From Nevskiales bacterium (lineage in GTDB: Bacteria; Pseudomonadota; Gammaproteobacteria; Nevskiales; CAJXLF01), in NCBI GenBank assembly GCA_041622995.1, contig JBFJXR010000002.1:4084-68083 (forward strand): a DNA stretch of 64,000 bases. The letters are read 5' to 3'. The translations under genes were made by a program, and so were the position numbers. Position 1 is the stretch's first letter; the number at the start of each line of letters is the position of its first letter. The notes beneath the pieces were generated by a model. It saw only the letters and a program-made list of their open reading frames with translations. It ran no database searches and was not told the origin of the DNA. Shown in pieces: positions 55,253 through 64,000 of this stretch.

Positions 55253-56410
55253 ATGAGCATTTTTACTCACGAACATGATGAAATTCGGCGAACCACAGAA
55301 CGCTTTGTGGAAGACCATATCAATCCTTCAGTCGAGCAATGGGAACGCGAAGGCATCTTTCCTGCGCATCAGGTTTTTAAAGGACTGGGTGAGTTGGGTC
55401 TGCTTGGCATCACAAAGCCAGAGGCACAGGGCGGTCTGGGGCTGGATTATTCCTACCAGATGGCCTTTGCCGAGGCGATCGGCAGTTGTACCTGCGGCGG
55501 CATTCCCATGGCCATTGGCGTGCAGACGGACATGGCCACGCCTGCTTTGGCCCGCTTTGGTTCTGAAGAACTGAAGGATGAGTATCTCGCGCCTGCCATC
55601 GCCGGCGAGATGGTGGCCTGTGTAGCGGTGAGCGAACCGGGTGCCGGCTCGGATGTCGCCAGCATTAAAACTACGGCTACACGTGAAGGTGATGATTACG
55701 TGGTTAATGGTCAGAAAATGTGGATCACCAATGGCACACAGGGCGACTGGGCCTGCACTCTGGTGAATACAGGGGAGGGTGATCGACACGGGAATAAATC
55801 ATTGATTGTCATACCCCTGGATGCCAAGGGCATCACCCGGGATACAAAACTCGACAAGCTGGGGCAGCGGTCTTCAGATACGGCCATCATCTTCTTTGAC
55901 AACGTCAGGGTGCCGGCGCGTAACCTGATTGGTCAGGAAGGCAAAGGCTTCACCTACCAGATGCAGCAGTTTCAGGAAGAGCGTCTCTTTCTTGCCGTCA
56001 GCATTTTAAGAGCGATGGAACGTGTATTCGACGATACGGTGGAATATACGCGGCAGCGGCAGGTATTCAATAAATCAGTGCTCGACAATCAGTATGTGCA
56101 TTTCACGTTGGCCGAGCTTAAAACCGAACTGGAAGCTTCACGCGCCCTGATCTATCGAGCCACAGAAGAAATGCTCGAAGGCCGTGATGTGACTCTGATG
56201 GCATCCATGGCCAAGCTTAAAACCACACGTCTTTCCAGGCAGCTGACGGATGTCTGCATGCAGTTCTGGGGTGGTCAGGGCTATATGTGGGAAAGTTCAC
56301 CAGCCCAGTTCTATCGAGACCTGCGCCTGCATTCCATTGGCGGTGGTGCCGATGAGGTCATGATGCAGATTATTGCCAAAAACCTTGGCATTTTACCAAG
56401 CAGAAAATAG
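55253..56410 (+). CDS. atuD: Acyl-CoA dehydrogenase, citronellyl-CoA dehydrogenase (AtuD)-position
   Basis: ATG 55253 lies 11 nt after the atuC stop. The track start at 55220 overlaps atuC. VSEPGAGSDVA and SIGGGADEVM are present. Confidence 0.75.
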   Translation: MSIFTHEHDEIRRTTERFVEDHINPSVEQWEREGIFPAHQVFKGLGELGLLGITKPEAQGGLGLDYSYQMAFAEAIGSCTCGGIPMAIGVQTDMATPALARFGSEELKDEYLAPAIAGEMVACVAVSEPGAGSDVASIKTTATREGDDYVVNGQKMWITNGTQGDWACTLVNTGEGDRHGNKSLIVIPLDAKGITRDTKLDKLGQRSSDTAIIFFDNVRVPARNLIGQEGKGFTYQMQQFQEERLFLAVSILRAMERVFDDTVEYTRQRQVFNKSVLDNQYVHFTLAELKTELEASRALIYRATEEMLEGRDVTLMASMAKLKTTRLSRQLTDVCMQFWGGQGYMWESSPAQFYRDLRLHSIGGGADEVMMQIIAKNLGILPSRK

Positions 56411-56422
56411 CCGGTAACTATT

Positions 56423-57232
56423 ATGAGTCTGCCTGTAACCCAACACCTGAATCTCGAACTCAAAGAGGGCGTGCTTTACGCCACGATTAATCGTCCGGAA
56501 GTGCGTAACGCCATGAACAATGCGTTGCTGGATGATATCAACAATACTTTTGATGCGATTGCTGAAGACCGCAATGTGAGAGCGGTAGTGATTCGAGGCG
56601 CTGGTGGTCATTTCTGCGCCGGTGGTGATATCAAGGAAATGGCCCAGGTGCGATTCGCGCCGGTTTCTGAAGATGGTTCAGACCCCATTGTTGAATTCAG
56701 CCGCCGTTTCGGCTACCTGATACGCAAGGTCAATATGGCCCCACAGGTGGTAATCACCGTGCTGGAGGGTGCAGTAATGGGAGGCGGCTTCGGGTTGGCC
56801 TGTGTGTCCGACATCGGCATAGCCCATGAGAACGCCAACATGGGCATGCCTGAAACCACGCGGGGTATTCCTCCGGCGCAGATTGCCCCCTTTGTGGTGG
56901 AGCGAATTGGACTGACCCAGGCCAGACGAATGGGGATCAGTGGCAGTGTCGTGGATGGCAAGCAGGCTCTGGCGCTCGGTCTGGTACATCACCTCGCCAG
57001 TGATGAGGCGGGCATCAGCGAGATATTGGAAGCAGAACTTGCCCTCATCAGACGCTGTGCTCCCGGTGCCAATGCTGTGACCAAGGACATTATGCTGAGT
57101 GTCGGTCGCCAGTCGATGGATGAAATCCTGAATGACGGCGCGAAACAATTTGCAGCCTGTATTCGCGGAGAAGAGGGTGTTGAAGGCACCACAGCATTTG
57201 TAGAAAAACGTAAACCCAGTTGGTGTGAATAA
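56423..57232 (+). CDS. atuE: Enoyl-CoA hydratase/isomerase family protein (isohexenylglutaconyl-CoA hydratase AtuE-position)
   Basis: Crotonase fold with oxyanion motifs GAGGHFCAGGDIKEM and GAVMGGGFGLA. Confidence 0.7.
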   Translation: MSLPVTQHLNLELKEGVLYATINRPEVRNAMNNALLDDINNTFDAIAEDRNVRAVVIRGAGGHFCAGGDIKEMAQVRFAPVSEDGSDPIVEFSRRFGYLIRKVNMAPQVVITVLEGAVMGGGFGLACVSDIGIAHENANMGMPETTRGIPPAQIAPFVVERIGLTQARRMGISGSVVDGKQALALGLVHHLASDEAGISEILEAELALIRRCAPGANAVTKDIMLSVGRQSMDEILNDGAKQFAACIRGEEGVEGTTAFVEKRKPSWCE

Positions 57233-57271
57233 CTCCGCGGTTGCTGATTTTGATATTAAAAAGAGTTACAG

Positions 57272-59263
57272 ATGAGTAAATTTAAGAAAGTCCTGATTGC
57301 CAATCGCGGTGAAATTGCACTGCGTGTCATACGCGGCGCTAAGCGCATGGGCTACGGCACAGTGGCTGTGTATTCCGATGCCGATCGGGACGCAGCCCAT
57401 GTCTGGGAAGCTGATGAGGCGGTTTGGCTTGGTCCGGCACAGGTGAGCGAGTCCTATCTGGTGATCGAGAAGATTATCGATGCGGCAAAGGCATCAGGCG
57501 CCGATGCCATACATCCCGGATACGGCTTTCTGGCAGAGAACGCAGACTTTGCCCGTGCCTGTGAAGCAGCTGACATCACATTTATCGGCCCTACGCCGGA
57601 TGCGATTGACCTCATGGGTAATAAGCGTGCGGCGAAAGTGCGCATGATCGAGGCGAAAGTGCCCTGTGTGCCGGGTTATGAAGGCGAAGATCAGACAGAT
57701 GAAGTATTCATTGCAGAAGCCATGAAGATGGGGTTCCCAATCATGGTGAAGGCTTCTGCCGGTGGCGGTGGTCGCGGTATGCGGTTGGTTGAAAATGAGG
57801 CCTCGCTCGCGGACTCAATTAAATCAGCACGTTCAGAAGCCGAGAACGCCTTTGGTTCCGGCGAGCTGATTTTGGAAAAGGCTGTAATCAATGCGCGGCA
57901 TGTTGAGATACAGGTGTTTGCCGATACCCATGGGAATGTCATTCATCTGGGGGAACGTGATTGCTCTGTGCAACGCCGAAACCAGAAAGTTGTGGAAGAA
58001 GCACCTTCGCCTGCTGTGGATGAGGCCCTGCGTCAGAAAATGGGCAGTGCAGCCGTAGAAGCCGCAAGAACAATCGGTTATCGCGGAGCGGGCACGGTTG
58101 AGTTCCTGCTGGATAAATCCGGTGAATTCTATTTCATGGAAATGAATACACGCCTGCAGGTTGAGCATCCGGTTACCGAAATGGTGACGGGCTTTGACCT
58201 GGTCGAATGGCAATTGAGTGTGGCTGAGGGTGAGCCACTGGCTGCTTCCCAGGCTGATGTGCAAATGAAGGGTCACGCTATTGAGGTTCGCCTGTGTGCA
58301 GAAGATCCTGAGCAGGACTTTCTGCCGCAGACCGGTAATGTATTGCGTTGGTTAGAGCCGAAGGGGGACGGCATACGTGTCGATCACTGCCTGGTAGAAG
58401 GCGGCGTTATTAGCCCATTCTACGATTCCATGCAGGGCAAGTTGATTGCCTGGGGCGCGAGCCGCGATATAGCCCGTAGCAGGCTGATCAAGGCGCTGTC
58501 GCAATGTATCCTGCTGGGTGTTGAAAGTAATAAGGACTTCCTGGTCAAGATTCTTGAGCATGAGGCATTTGCAGGCGGGGAATTTGATACCAAATTTATC
58601 GATAAGCATTTCCCTCGGGATGCGATCGAGGCCGTGGTTCCCGGCGACAGGCATAAATCACTGGCTGCCGTGGCGCTTTACCATGCTGATGCCGTCAAGC
58701 TGGCGGCTACTCAAAATCTCGACTCTGGCTTCCTGAATTGGCGCAGTGCCAATGCAGTGCCTACGCGTGTTCATCTCAAGCATAAAGAGCAGGAATGGAT
58801 ATGTGCATTACAGGCTACTGACACATGTAACTATAAAGTTCAGATCGATGATGACAGTGTTGTACAACATATAACCATCACCAGCTTTACTGACAACGAT
58901 TTTCATTATGTCTGTGAAAGGGTGCAGGGCCGTGCTGACTATGCACGAAATGGCCATCAGATCTGGCTAGCCTGTGAGGGCGAAACCTGGGCCTATGAAG
59001 ATGCGACGCTCGTGCCACCAGCGGCAGGTATTGAAGGTGGTGATGGCCGGATAATGGCATCCATGGACGGCAAGATACTGGCCGTTGATGTGTCTGTGGG
59101 CGATGAGGTTACGAAGGGACAGAACATTCTGGTTCTGGAAGCCATGAAAATGGAATTCCAGGTGCAGTCAGCTGTGGATGGGGTAGTTGAAGAGGTGAAT
59201 GTGGCAATGGGGGATCAGGTCAAGGCAAGACAACTGATGGTGGCTATTACACCGGACGAATAA
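57272..59263 (+). CDS. atuF: Biotin carboxylase + BCCP (alpha) subunit of an acyl-CoA carboxylase (geranyl-CoA carboxylase AtuF-like)
   Basis: The ATP-grasp biotin carboxylase N-terminus is KVLIANRGEIALRVIR. The C-terminal biotinyl domain carries VLEAMKMEF. Confidence 0.85.
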   Translation: MSKFKKVLIANRGEIALRVIRGAKRMGYGTVAVYSDADRDAAHVWEADEAVWLGPAQVSESYLVIEKIIDAAKASGADAIHPGYGFLAENADFARACEAADITFIGPTPDAIDLMGNKRAAKVRMIEAKVPCVPGYEGEDQTDEVFIAEAMKMGFPIMVKASAGGGGRGMRLVENEASLADSIKSARSEAENAFGSGELILEKAVINARHVEIQVFADTHGNVIHLGERDCSVQRRNQKVVEEAPSPAVDEALRQKMGSAAVEAARTIGYRGAGTVEFLLDKSGEFYFMEMNTRLQVEHPVTEMVTGFDLVEWQLSVAEGEPLAASQADVQMKGHAIEVRLCAEDPEQDFLPQTGNVLRWLEPKGDGIRVDHCLVEGGVISPFYDSMQGKLIAWGASRDIARSRLIKALSQCILLGVESNKDFLVKILEHEAFAGGEFDTKFIDKHFPRDAIEAVVPGDRHKSLAAVALYHADAVKLAATQNLDSGFLNWRSANAVPTRVHLKHKEQEWICALQATDTCNYKVQIDDDSVVQHITITSFTDNDFHYVCERVQGRADYARNGHQIWLACEGETWAYEDATLVPPAAGIEGGDGRIMASMDGKILAVDVSVGDEVTKGQNILVLEAMKMEFQVQSAVDGVVEEVNVAMGDQVKARQLMVAITPDE

Positions 59264-59326
59264 TATTCATAAGTTATCAATCAGCCGATTTACCTAAATA
59301 ATCCACTCAATTATCGAAAATCCTGT

Positions 59327-59371
59327 TTCGACGTACCGGGCTTGATCCGGTATCTTCCATTAGACGTCGAA
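59327..59371. terminator. Compound hairpin between convergent atuF and a membrane-protein gene (possible bidirectional terminator)
   Basis: Outer stem TTCGACGT (59327-59334) pairs with ACGTCGAA (59364-59371). Inner stem ACCGG-GCTTGAT-CCGGT. No strong T-tract on either side. Confidence 0.4.
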
Positions 59372-59374
59372 GGG

Positions 59375-59839
59375 TTATTCTTTATCCCCAAGCTTCCTGA
59401 GTATTTTGTTCGAAACCCATGTGCTGAACATCGGTGAAAGCATCAGAAAGAGCAGAGCGCCGCCGGCAAAAGTCAGGGCTGATGCTTTCTTCTTTTTATA
59501 GGCATGGGCTTCAGTAATATCACGACGAATAGCCTGCTTGTGCATGGCTTCACGTTCAGGGCTTAATTCAATGGGTCGAGAGGCCTGCATAAGGATAATG
59601 GCCTTCTCCTCATCACTCATAGTGCCTATCTCGTCTTTCATTTTGCCCAGTTTATTAATCTGGGCCTGCTCCATTCGATACAATTCCTGCTGATACATTG
59701 TTTCAACACCAGCCTGTATTTCTGCTTCAGTCGGATTACCTGTCTCCACAAGCTTTTGAATGCCCCAGGCGAGTAATACGGCACCGACGATCATCAATAC
59801 ACGATTCAGGGTATTTGGGGAATTGGAGGCAGCAAACAT
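59375..59839 (-). CDS. Hypothetical two-TM membrane protein (154 aa)
   Basis: TM helices LMIVGAVLLAWGI and LTFAGGALLFLMLSPMF flank a charged helical region. No recognised family. Confidence 0.45.
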   Translation of the reverse strand: MFAASNSPNTLNRVLMIVGAVLLAWGIQKLVETGNPTEAEIQAGVETMYQQELYRMEQAQINKLGKMKDEIGTMSDEEKAIILMQASRPIELSPEREAMHKQAIRRDITEAHAYKKKKASALTFAGGALLFLMLSPMFSTWVSNKILRKLGDKE

Positions 59840-60059
59840 TGCAGGATTCTCTGTAAATAACTGGCAGCTATCTTAACAGTCTGATTAACTCGATGGGCGT
59901 ATCTGCTTACCAGAATGTGAAGTAATTATTATTTGTTCAGCCTAGGTTCATAAATTGGCTTGATAATGAACAAAGATTGATTAAAATCTGGCATTAATCC
60001 TGCATTGTTGCGGTGCAACCGTTACAATTCACACAGGAATAACCTAAAAGGCAGATTAG

Positions 60060-61322
60060 GTGGCAAACGTATTACTTTTACAGGGTCCATTCGGACCATT
60101 TTTTCGCCGTCTGGCTCGAGACATGGAAGCCGATGGGGTTAATGTCCATAAAGTGAACTTCAATGCAGGTGATGCATTGTTTTTCCGTCATAAAAATTCC
60201 GTCAACTATCGTGGTAAGGTAGAAAACTGGCCTGTATTTCTTGAACGCCTGTTGGATGAGCGCGAAATCGACCAGATTTATTTATTTGGTGATTACCGCA
60301 TCTATCACAAGCTGGCGATCAAACTTGCCAAGGCAAAAAACATTAAAGTCTATGTAATGGAAGAAGGGTATCTACGTCCTGATTACATTACTGTGGAAGA
60401 GGGAGGCATGCACTGCAATTCCAGTATGCCTCGTGATGCAAATTTTTATTTAAACACTAAACTGCCTGAATTACCCAAAGAGAAATCAGTTGGACGATGG
60501 ATCAGCAAGGCCGTAATTTATGGGGGTACCTATTACTTGGTAAGTAATGTATTCAGTTTTGCTTTTCCGCACTACAGGCATCACCGCGGCTTTAACTTCA
60601 TCAAGCAGGGCTCGATCACGATAGTGAAGGGCGTCCTCTATTTATGGAATAGATTCTGGGATCGCCGCAAGGAACATATCTTCAGCACCTGGTTATCTGG
60701 CAAATACTTTTTAGTGGCATTGCAGGTCAGAGATGACAGTTCAATTCTGCAGAACTCGGAATACAAAACAGTATCCTGCTTTATTAAAGAAGTAATACGT
60801 TCTTTCGCCGAGAATGCTGATTCAAAGGATTTTCTGGTAATTAAACACCATCCATTCGATACCAGTTTCCGAGGCTACGCAAAGTTAATACAAGAACTAA
60901 AGGATATGTATGAACTCGGTGAAAGGGTAATCTATATTCATCACATTTCTGTGCCTATGCTGCTAAAGAATGCCAAGGGAACCGTAGTCGTTAATAGTAC
61001 TGTGGGTATGTCATCGATTCATCACGGCACACCAGTAAAAGTGTTAGGTCAGGCTATCTATAATTTTGAGCCATTAAGCTACGCGCCACCACTGGATAAA
61101 TTTTGGCAAGATCCAGGGGAAGTTAATGAAGACCTATATGAGGCATTCAGAAGTTATATTTGTTGGCACAATCAGGTGAATGGGAATTTTTATAATCGCG
61201 TGATTCCTGATGAGTTTGCGACCGGTTGTGTTTGGCGTGAGCGGCCATGGGTCGCCAAGTCTACCGTTTCTGAGTCATCATTAACTATTCCTGAAGTATC
61301 AAGTTCAATAAGAACTGCCTAA
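60060..61322 (+). CDS. kpsS: Capsule biosynthesis beta-Kdo transferase KpsS
   Basis: GTG start. LLLQGPFGPFF...LFGDYRIYHK...EEGYLRPDYITVEEGGMHCNSSMPRD is collinear with my recollection of E. coli KpsS (LLLQGPMGPFF...EEGYLRPQFITVEEGGVNAYSSLPRD). Confidence 0.85.
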   Translation: MANVLLLQGPFGPFFRRLARDMEADGVNVHKVNFNAGDALFFRHKNSVNYRGKVENWPVFLERLLDEREIDQIYLFGDYRIYHKLAIKLAKAKNIKVYVMEEGYLRPDYITVEEGGMHCNSSMPRDANFYLNTKLPELPKEKSVGRWISKAVIYGGTYYLVSNVFSFAFPHYRHHRGFNFIKQGSITIVKGVLYLWNRFWDRRKEHIFSTWLSGKYFLVALQVRDDSSILQNSEYKTVSCFIKEVIRSFAENADSKDFLVIKHHPFDTSFRGYAKLIQELKDMYELGERVIYIHHISVPMLLKNAKGTVVVNSTVGMSSIHHGTPVKVLGQAIYNFEPLSYAPPLDKFWQDPGEVNEDLYEAFRSYICWHNQVNGNFYNRVIPDEFATGCVWRERPWVAKSTVSESSLTIPEVSSSIRTA

Positions 61323-63370
61323 GGAATAGAAATTCGTCTGCTCATTCGCATTATCGTTCTCCTGAATCGAGCATAATTAGATAAAGTTTTTCTATCATCA
61401 GTAGATAAACGAACAATTAAAAGTTCTGGCGTACAGAGTTGCTCAGTGATTGGGTCGAAATATATCGGATACTGAATTAGTACTCCGGCAATCAGTTGTT
61501 TTAAATTCAGTTTTCTAGTCCGTTTTTCGAAGTGGAGCTTATCTAGAGTTAGACCCCAGCCAGCATAGAAAGGTCGGCCATACGTCACCACCTTCTTCTC
61601 TTGGCACAATGCTTCGAAGCCCAGAGTAGATGTCATCGTGTGCACTTCGTCCACTTGCTCAAGAAGGGATTGAGCAGAAATATGCTTCGCAATTTCATCG
61701 GCAAATTTTTGAGTTTGTTCAGTATTAATAATTCCGATGCGAAGTCCTGTCTCTACATCAGGATGCGGTTTGTAAATGATATAAGCATCAGGGTTTGTTT
61801 CACGCACATGTTTCAGAAGTTGTAGGTTGTTGCTGATGTTCTCGGTTCCAAGTCGAATTGAGGCGTCATCTTCGACTTGTCCTGGCACGAGGATAATCCT
61901 GCTGTTTTCTGGAATATTTAATTTAACACTATGAGTGCCAACATTATATTTACTGATTTTTGTCTTATTGATGAGCGTGATGAGTCGTTGGGCTCTATCC
62001 TCCAGTCCTTGGTCAAAATTACCTGATTGAAGATATTTTTCCAGATCGCTTGATGATGTAGGGTCGAAGTATATGCCACTCGTGTCAAAAACCAGAGAAT
62101 TTGGTGGCGTAAGTTCGGCCCCCAAACCTTTCGATCGTATAAAACCATCCTCAATATAGGTTAGCTTTATACGCCTTTGATTACTAGCTGCTATTAATTC
62201 TTTTGGAGTTTTCCGAGGCCAACAGATTATTTCTGTCTCATTTCGTTGAGATAAGGATTCAATTTTTTTCAGGTTATTGGTAAATTTTACCTGAATACCG
62301 CCAAATTCGAGCACCTTCCGAATTCTAGGCTGCTTCCATTTTGATATGCCCACACATACTGCATTTGCTTTTCGTTTACTGAAGCAACGCTTCCAATCAC
62401 CGAGAATTTCGGCCACATTCTCAAATTCTGTTTTTTCACCTGTATATGGATCAACGTACTTTGGATAAAGCAGGTAGGCCGCAGCAAATAATTCTTCAAG
62501 AGTTAGTTTGCGTTTACGGCGGCTAAACGTCATTTCATCTTCCGTAAGTCCCCAGCCCGCGTAAAAGGGGCCACCAAAACATCTGACTTTACTGCCTGAG
62601 ATCAATGCTTCCAGCCCCAGCTGACTGCTGACGGTATACACGACAGGTTTGTTTTTCAGTAGGCTCCATGGGTCCAACGCCTGATCGATAATAATTGCAT
62701 CGTCTGGCCAATGGCCGTGTAAGCAGCTTTTTTTCTTGCCGCTGGTCACATCCGGGTGTGTCTTGATAACAATGGTTTTTCCAGGGTTTTCTTTCTGTGC
62801 GGCGGAAATAAGACGCGAAGCCATGGCAGCATCAAACCCGGAAGCCTTGACGGAGGCATCGTCCGCAACCTGATCCACGACTAAAACATAAGGGGTTTGC
62901 AGGTGCCGTGAAAGAGTTTCATCAGGCTGTTGCCAGAGATTATATTTGGACAATCTCTGGGTTTGCATCGTGATGATGCCTTGTTGAGCGCGATCCCTGA
63001 GTTCGGTAGTTGAAAGGTCGGCATTGTTAAGTAGATGCTCGATTCTTGATTCATTATTCGGGTCGTAATGAAGCCCAAGGTCATCGATGACAATACTCAG
63101 GGCTGGCTTTCCATGAACGCCGAGTCCGAATGAACGTAAAAAGCCATCTTCAACTCGAATCAGTGGCAGATTGAGGTGCCTGGCAATGCGTTCGGACAGT
63201 GGGCTCCACCTCTTTGATCCCCAGGTAATGACGGCATCTGGACGAAATAGTGGAGAGCAGGGCCAGTAGGTAGTGTCTCCATCTAAAAAATGCCAGTTGG
63301 CAAGCAGATGGGAAAGTTTCCACGAAAGACATGCATTAGCAGTTAAATCTTGTTTGTCTGCGTTATTCAC
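61319..63370 (-). CDS. kpsC: Capsule biosynthesis beta-Kdo transferase KpsC (duplicated-domain enzyme)
   Basis: 683 aa with two homologous halves. Each half has the blocks EDGF(L/I)RS.GLG, D..G(L/I)(H/Y)(Y/F)DP, VKA/VPGQV.DDAS, HPDV and PFYAGWGLT. Confidence 0.88.
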   Translation of the reverse strand: MNNADKQDLTANACLSWKLSHLLANWHFLDGDTTYWPCSPLFRPDAVITWGSKRWSPLSERIARHLNLPLIRVEDGFLRSFGLGVHGKPALSIVIDDLGLHYDPNNESRIEHLLNNADLSTTELRDRAQQGIITMQTQRLSKYNLWQQPDETLSRHLQTPYVLVVDQVADDASVKASGFDAAMASRLISAAQKENPGKTIVIKTHPDVTSGKKKSCLHGHWPDDAIIIDQALDPWSLLKNKPVVYTVSSQLGLEALISGSKVRCFGGPFYAGWGLTEDEMTFSRRKRKLTLEELFAAAYLLYPKYVDPYTGEKTEFENVAEILGDWKRCFSKRKANAVCVGISKWKQPRIRKVLEFGGIQVKFTNNLKKIESLSQRNETEIICWPRKTPKELIAASNQRRIKLTYIEDGFIRSKGLGAELTPPNSLVFDTSGIYFDPTSSSDLEKYLQSGNFDQGLEDRAQRLITLINKTKISKYNVGTHSVKLNIPENSRIILVPGQVEDDASIRLGTENISNNLQLLKHVRETNPDAYIIYKPHPDVETGLRIGIINTEQTQKFADEIAKHISAQSLLEQVDEVHTMTSTLGFEALCQEKKVVTYGRPFYAGWGLTLDKLHFEKRTRKLNLKQLIAGVLIQYPIYFDPITEQLCTPELLIVRLSTDDRKTLSNYARFRRTIMRMSRRISIP

Positions 63371-63382
63371 AGCAATAACCTG

Positions 63383-64000
63383 TCAGCCAGCCTGTTGTTC
63401 AATACGTAAAACTACCTGATCATAGTCCTCAAATAGTTGCTGCCAATTATTGCCTTTATCTGAACCGCTGATGAGTTGATTAAATGTTTGCCAGTACTGT
63501 AGGCCCTTGGCGAGCGTAGCGCGATTGTCGCTACCTGATTTTTTGCATTTGTTGCTCCACTGCAACTTGCGTTGGCTAAGCCGAAATAACGCCAGGGCAA
63601 TGAAAAAACGATGATGCTTTGTCCAGATCAAGTGATCCTCTTTGGTGCAATGTTGAAGATAACTCTCAACCAGGCGCTCACGACGTCGCATATCTCCTCT
63701 GCAATAATTCTGGAGTAATGCAGTGGCAATTTCCATGGCACCAAATCCGTAGTTAATATGGTCGCAGTCAATGAGATAGACAGTGCCGTCAGGTTGATGA
63801 AGGAAGTTGCCCCCGGCAGGGTCCCCATGGCAAAGGTTGAACTGTTTAAAGTGTTTGAGAAATTCACCGTGGCGCTGCAGCCAATACATAATTTCCGATT
63901 TGGGCAAATATAACGCTGTGTCCCCAGTTTGAGATATCTGATCTATAGATTGGCGCCAATAACGTGACAGTGCGCCCCAGTGACTACCTAGAATAGGCAG
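63383..64000 (-). CDS. APH/choline-kinase-fold phosphotransferase (5'-truncated by the window edge)
   Basis: The frame stays open from 63907 up to base 64000 (…LPILGSHWGALSRYWRQSIDQISQTGDTALYLPKSEIMYW…). Catalytic loop LCHGDPAGGNFL and metal-binding motif LIDCDHINYG. The gene ends 12 nt upstream of the kpsC start. Confidence 0.6.
   Translation of the reverse strand: MPILGSHWGALSRYWRQSIDQISQTGDTALYLPKSEIMYWLQRHGEFLKHFKQFNLCHGDPAGGNFLHQPDGTVYLIDCDHINYGFGAMEIATALLQNYCRGDMRRRERLVESYLQHCTKEDHLIWTKHHRFFIALALFRLSQRKLQWSNKCKKSGSDNRATLAKGLQYWQTFNQLISGSDKGNNWQQLFEDYDQVVLRIEQQAG

Noticed and set aside
53623-59263. Interpretation of the carboxylase block as the leucine/isovalerate (liu) methylcrotonyl-CoA carboxylase cluster.
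   Set aside because: The gene order SDR-beta-ACAD-hydratase-alpha matches atuBCDEF. An atuA (DUF1446) gene heads the region and no HMG-CoA lyase follows. AtuC/F and LiuB/D are close paralogs, so this rejection is provisional until a phylogeny is done.
1-64000. Search for CRISPR arrays, tRNA/rRNA genes, IS elements, integrases, prophage genes, toxin-antitoxin pairs or known defence-system genes (nuclease/helicase/ATPase/TIR/SIR2-type).
   Set aside because: Nothing with regular repeat-spacer periodicity was seen. I found no cloverleaf-like sequences in the intergenic regions I read. No ORF showed transposase, recombinase or defence-type motifs. Absence is by eye only and should be confirmed with tRNAscan-SE, ISEScan, PADLOC or DefenseFinder.

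Overview
The window is a densely coding 64-kb stretch of a gammaproteobacterial chromosome, with about 60 CDS on both strands. The taxon is an inference. The block proC-yggT-metX-metW-DUF4426 is arranged as in Pseudomonas, and a Marinobacter-type fatty acyl-CoA reductase plus an atu cluster suggest a marine lipid or hydrocarbon degrader. By eye I found no rRNA, tRNA, CRISPR array, transposase, integrase, or recognisable defence or toxin module.

Content from left to right:
- The 3' end of a Tad/Flp pilus locus (tadB'-tadC-tadD).
- A cytochrome c5 gene followed by two genes with twin-arginine signals, one a flavoenzyme and one a PLP enzyme.
- An AT-rich convergent pair of c-di-GMP genes (cNMP-EAL and REC-GGDEF).
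- An ACAD / APH-kinase / histidine-phosphatase operon.
- A Sel1-repeat lipoprotein.
- A pore-less voltage-sensor-domain protein followed 13 nt later by pldA.
- gltX, a DUF4126-like gene and mak.
- A two-domain fatty acyl-CoA reductase.
- TetR, divergent from an ACBP + ACAD + ACAD operon, with a 26-bp perfect palindrome between them.
- A GC-rich structured intergenic element.
- A minimal protein-kinase-like gene, tatD, an SH3-domain gene and a CPA1 antiporter.
- An alpha/beta hydrolase gene interrupted by an in-frame TGA.
- DUF3047, an outer-membrane protein and TerB.
- metW, metX, yggT, proC and ilvA.
- A Ycf48-like / RND / DUF1302-like envelope operon with a divergent two-component system.
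- An acyclic-terpene (atu) cluster with ETF-QO, etfB and etfA embedded in it.
- AT-rich capsule genes kpsS and kpsC plus a truncated kinase-fold gene at the right edge.

Most of the window is ordinary core and lipid metabolism. The candidates I consider most worth follow-up are:
1. The voltage-sensor-only protein that appears co-transcribed with outer-membrane phospholipase A.
2. The split ACAD10/11-like kinase / ACAD / phosphatase operon.
3. The apparently periplasmic cytochrome c5 / Tat-flavoenzyme / Tat-PLP trio.
4. The Ycf48-like / RND / DUF1302-like operon.

All functional calls rest on motif and synteny recognition by eye. No database search was run.
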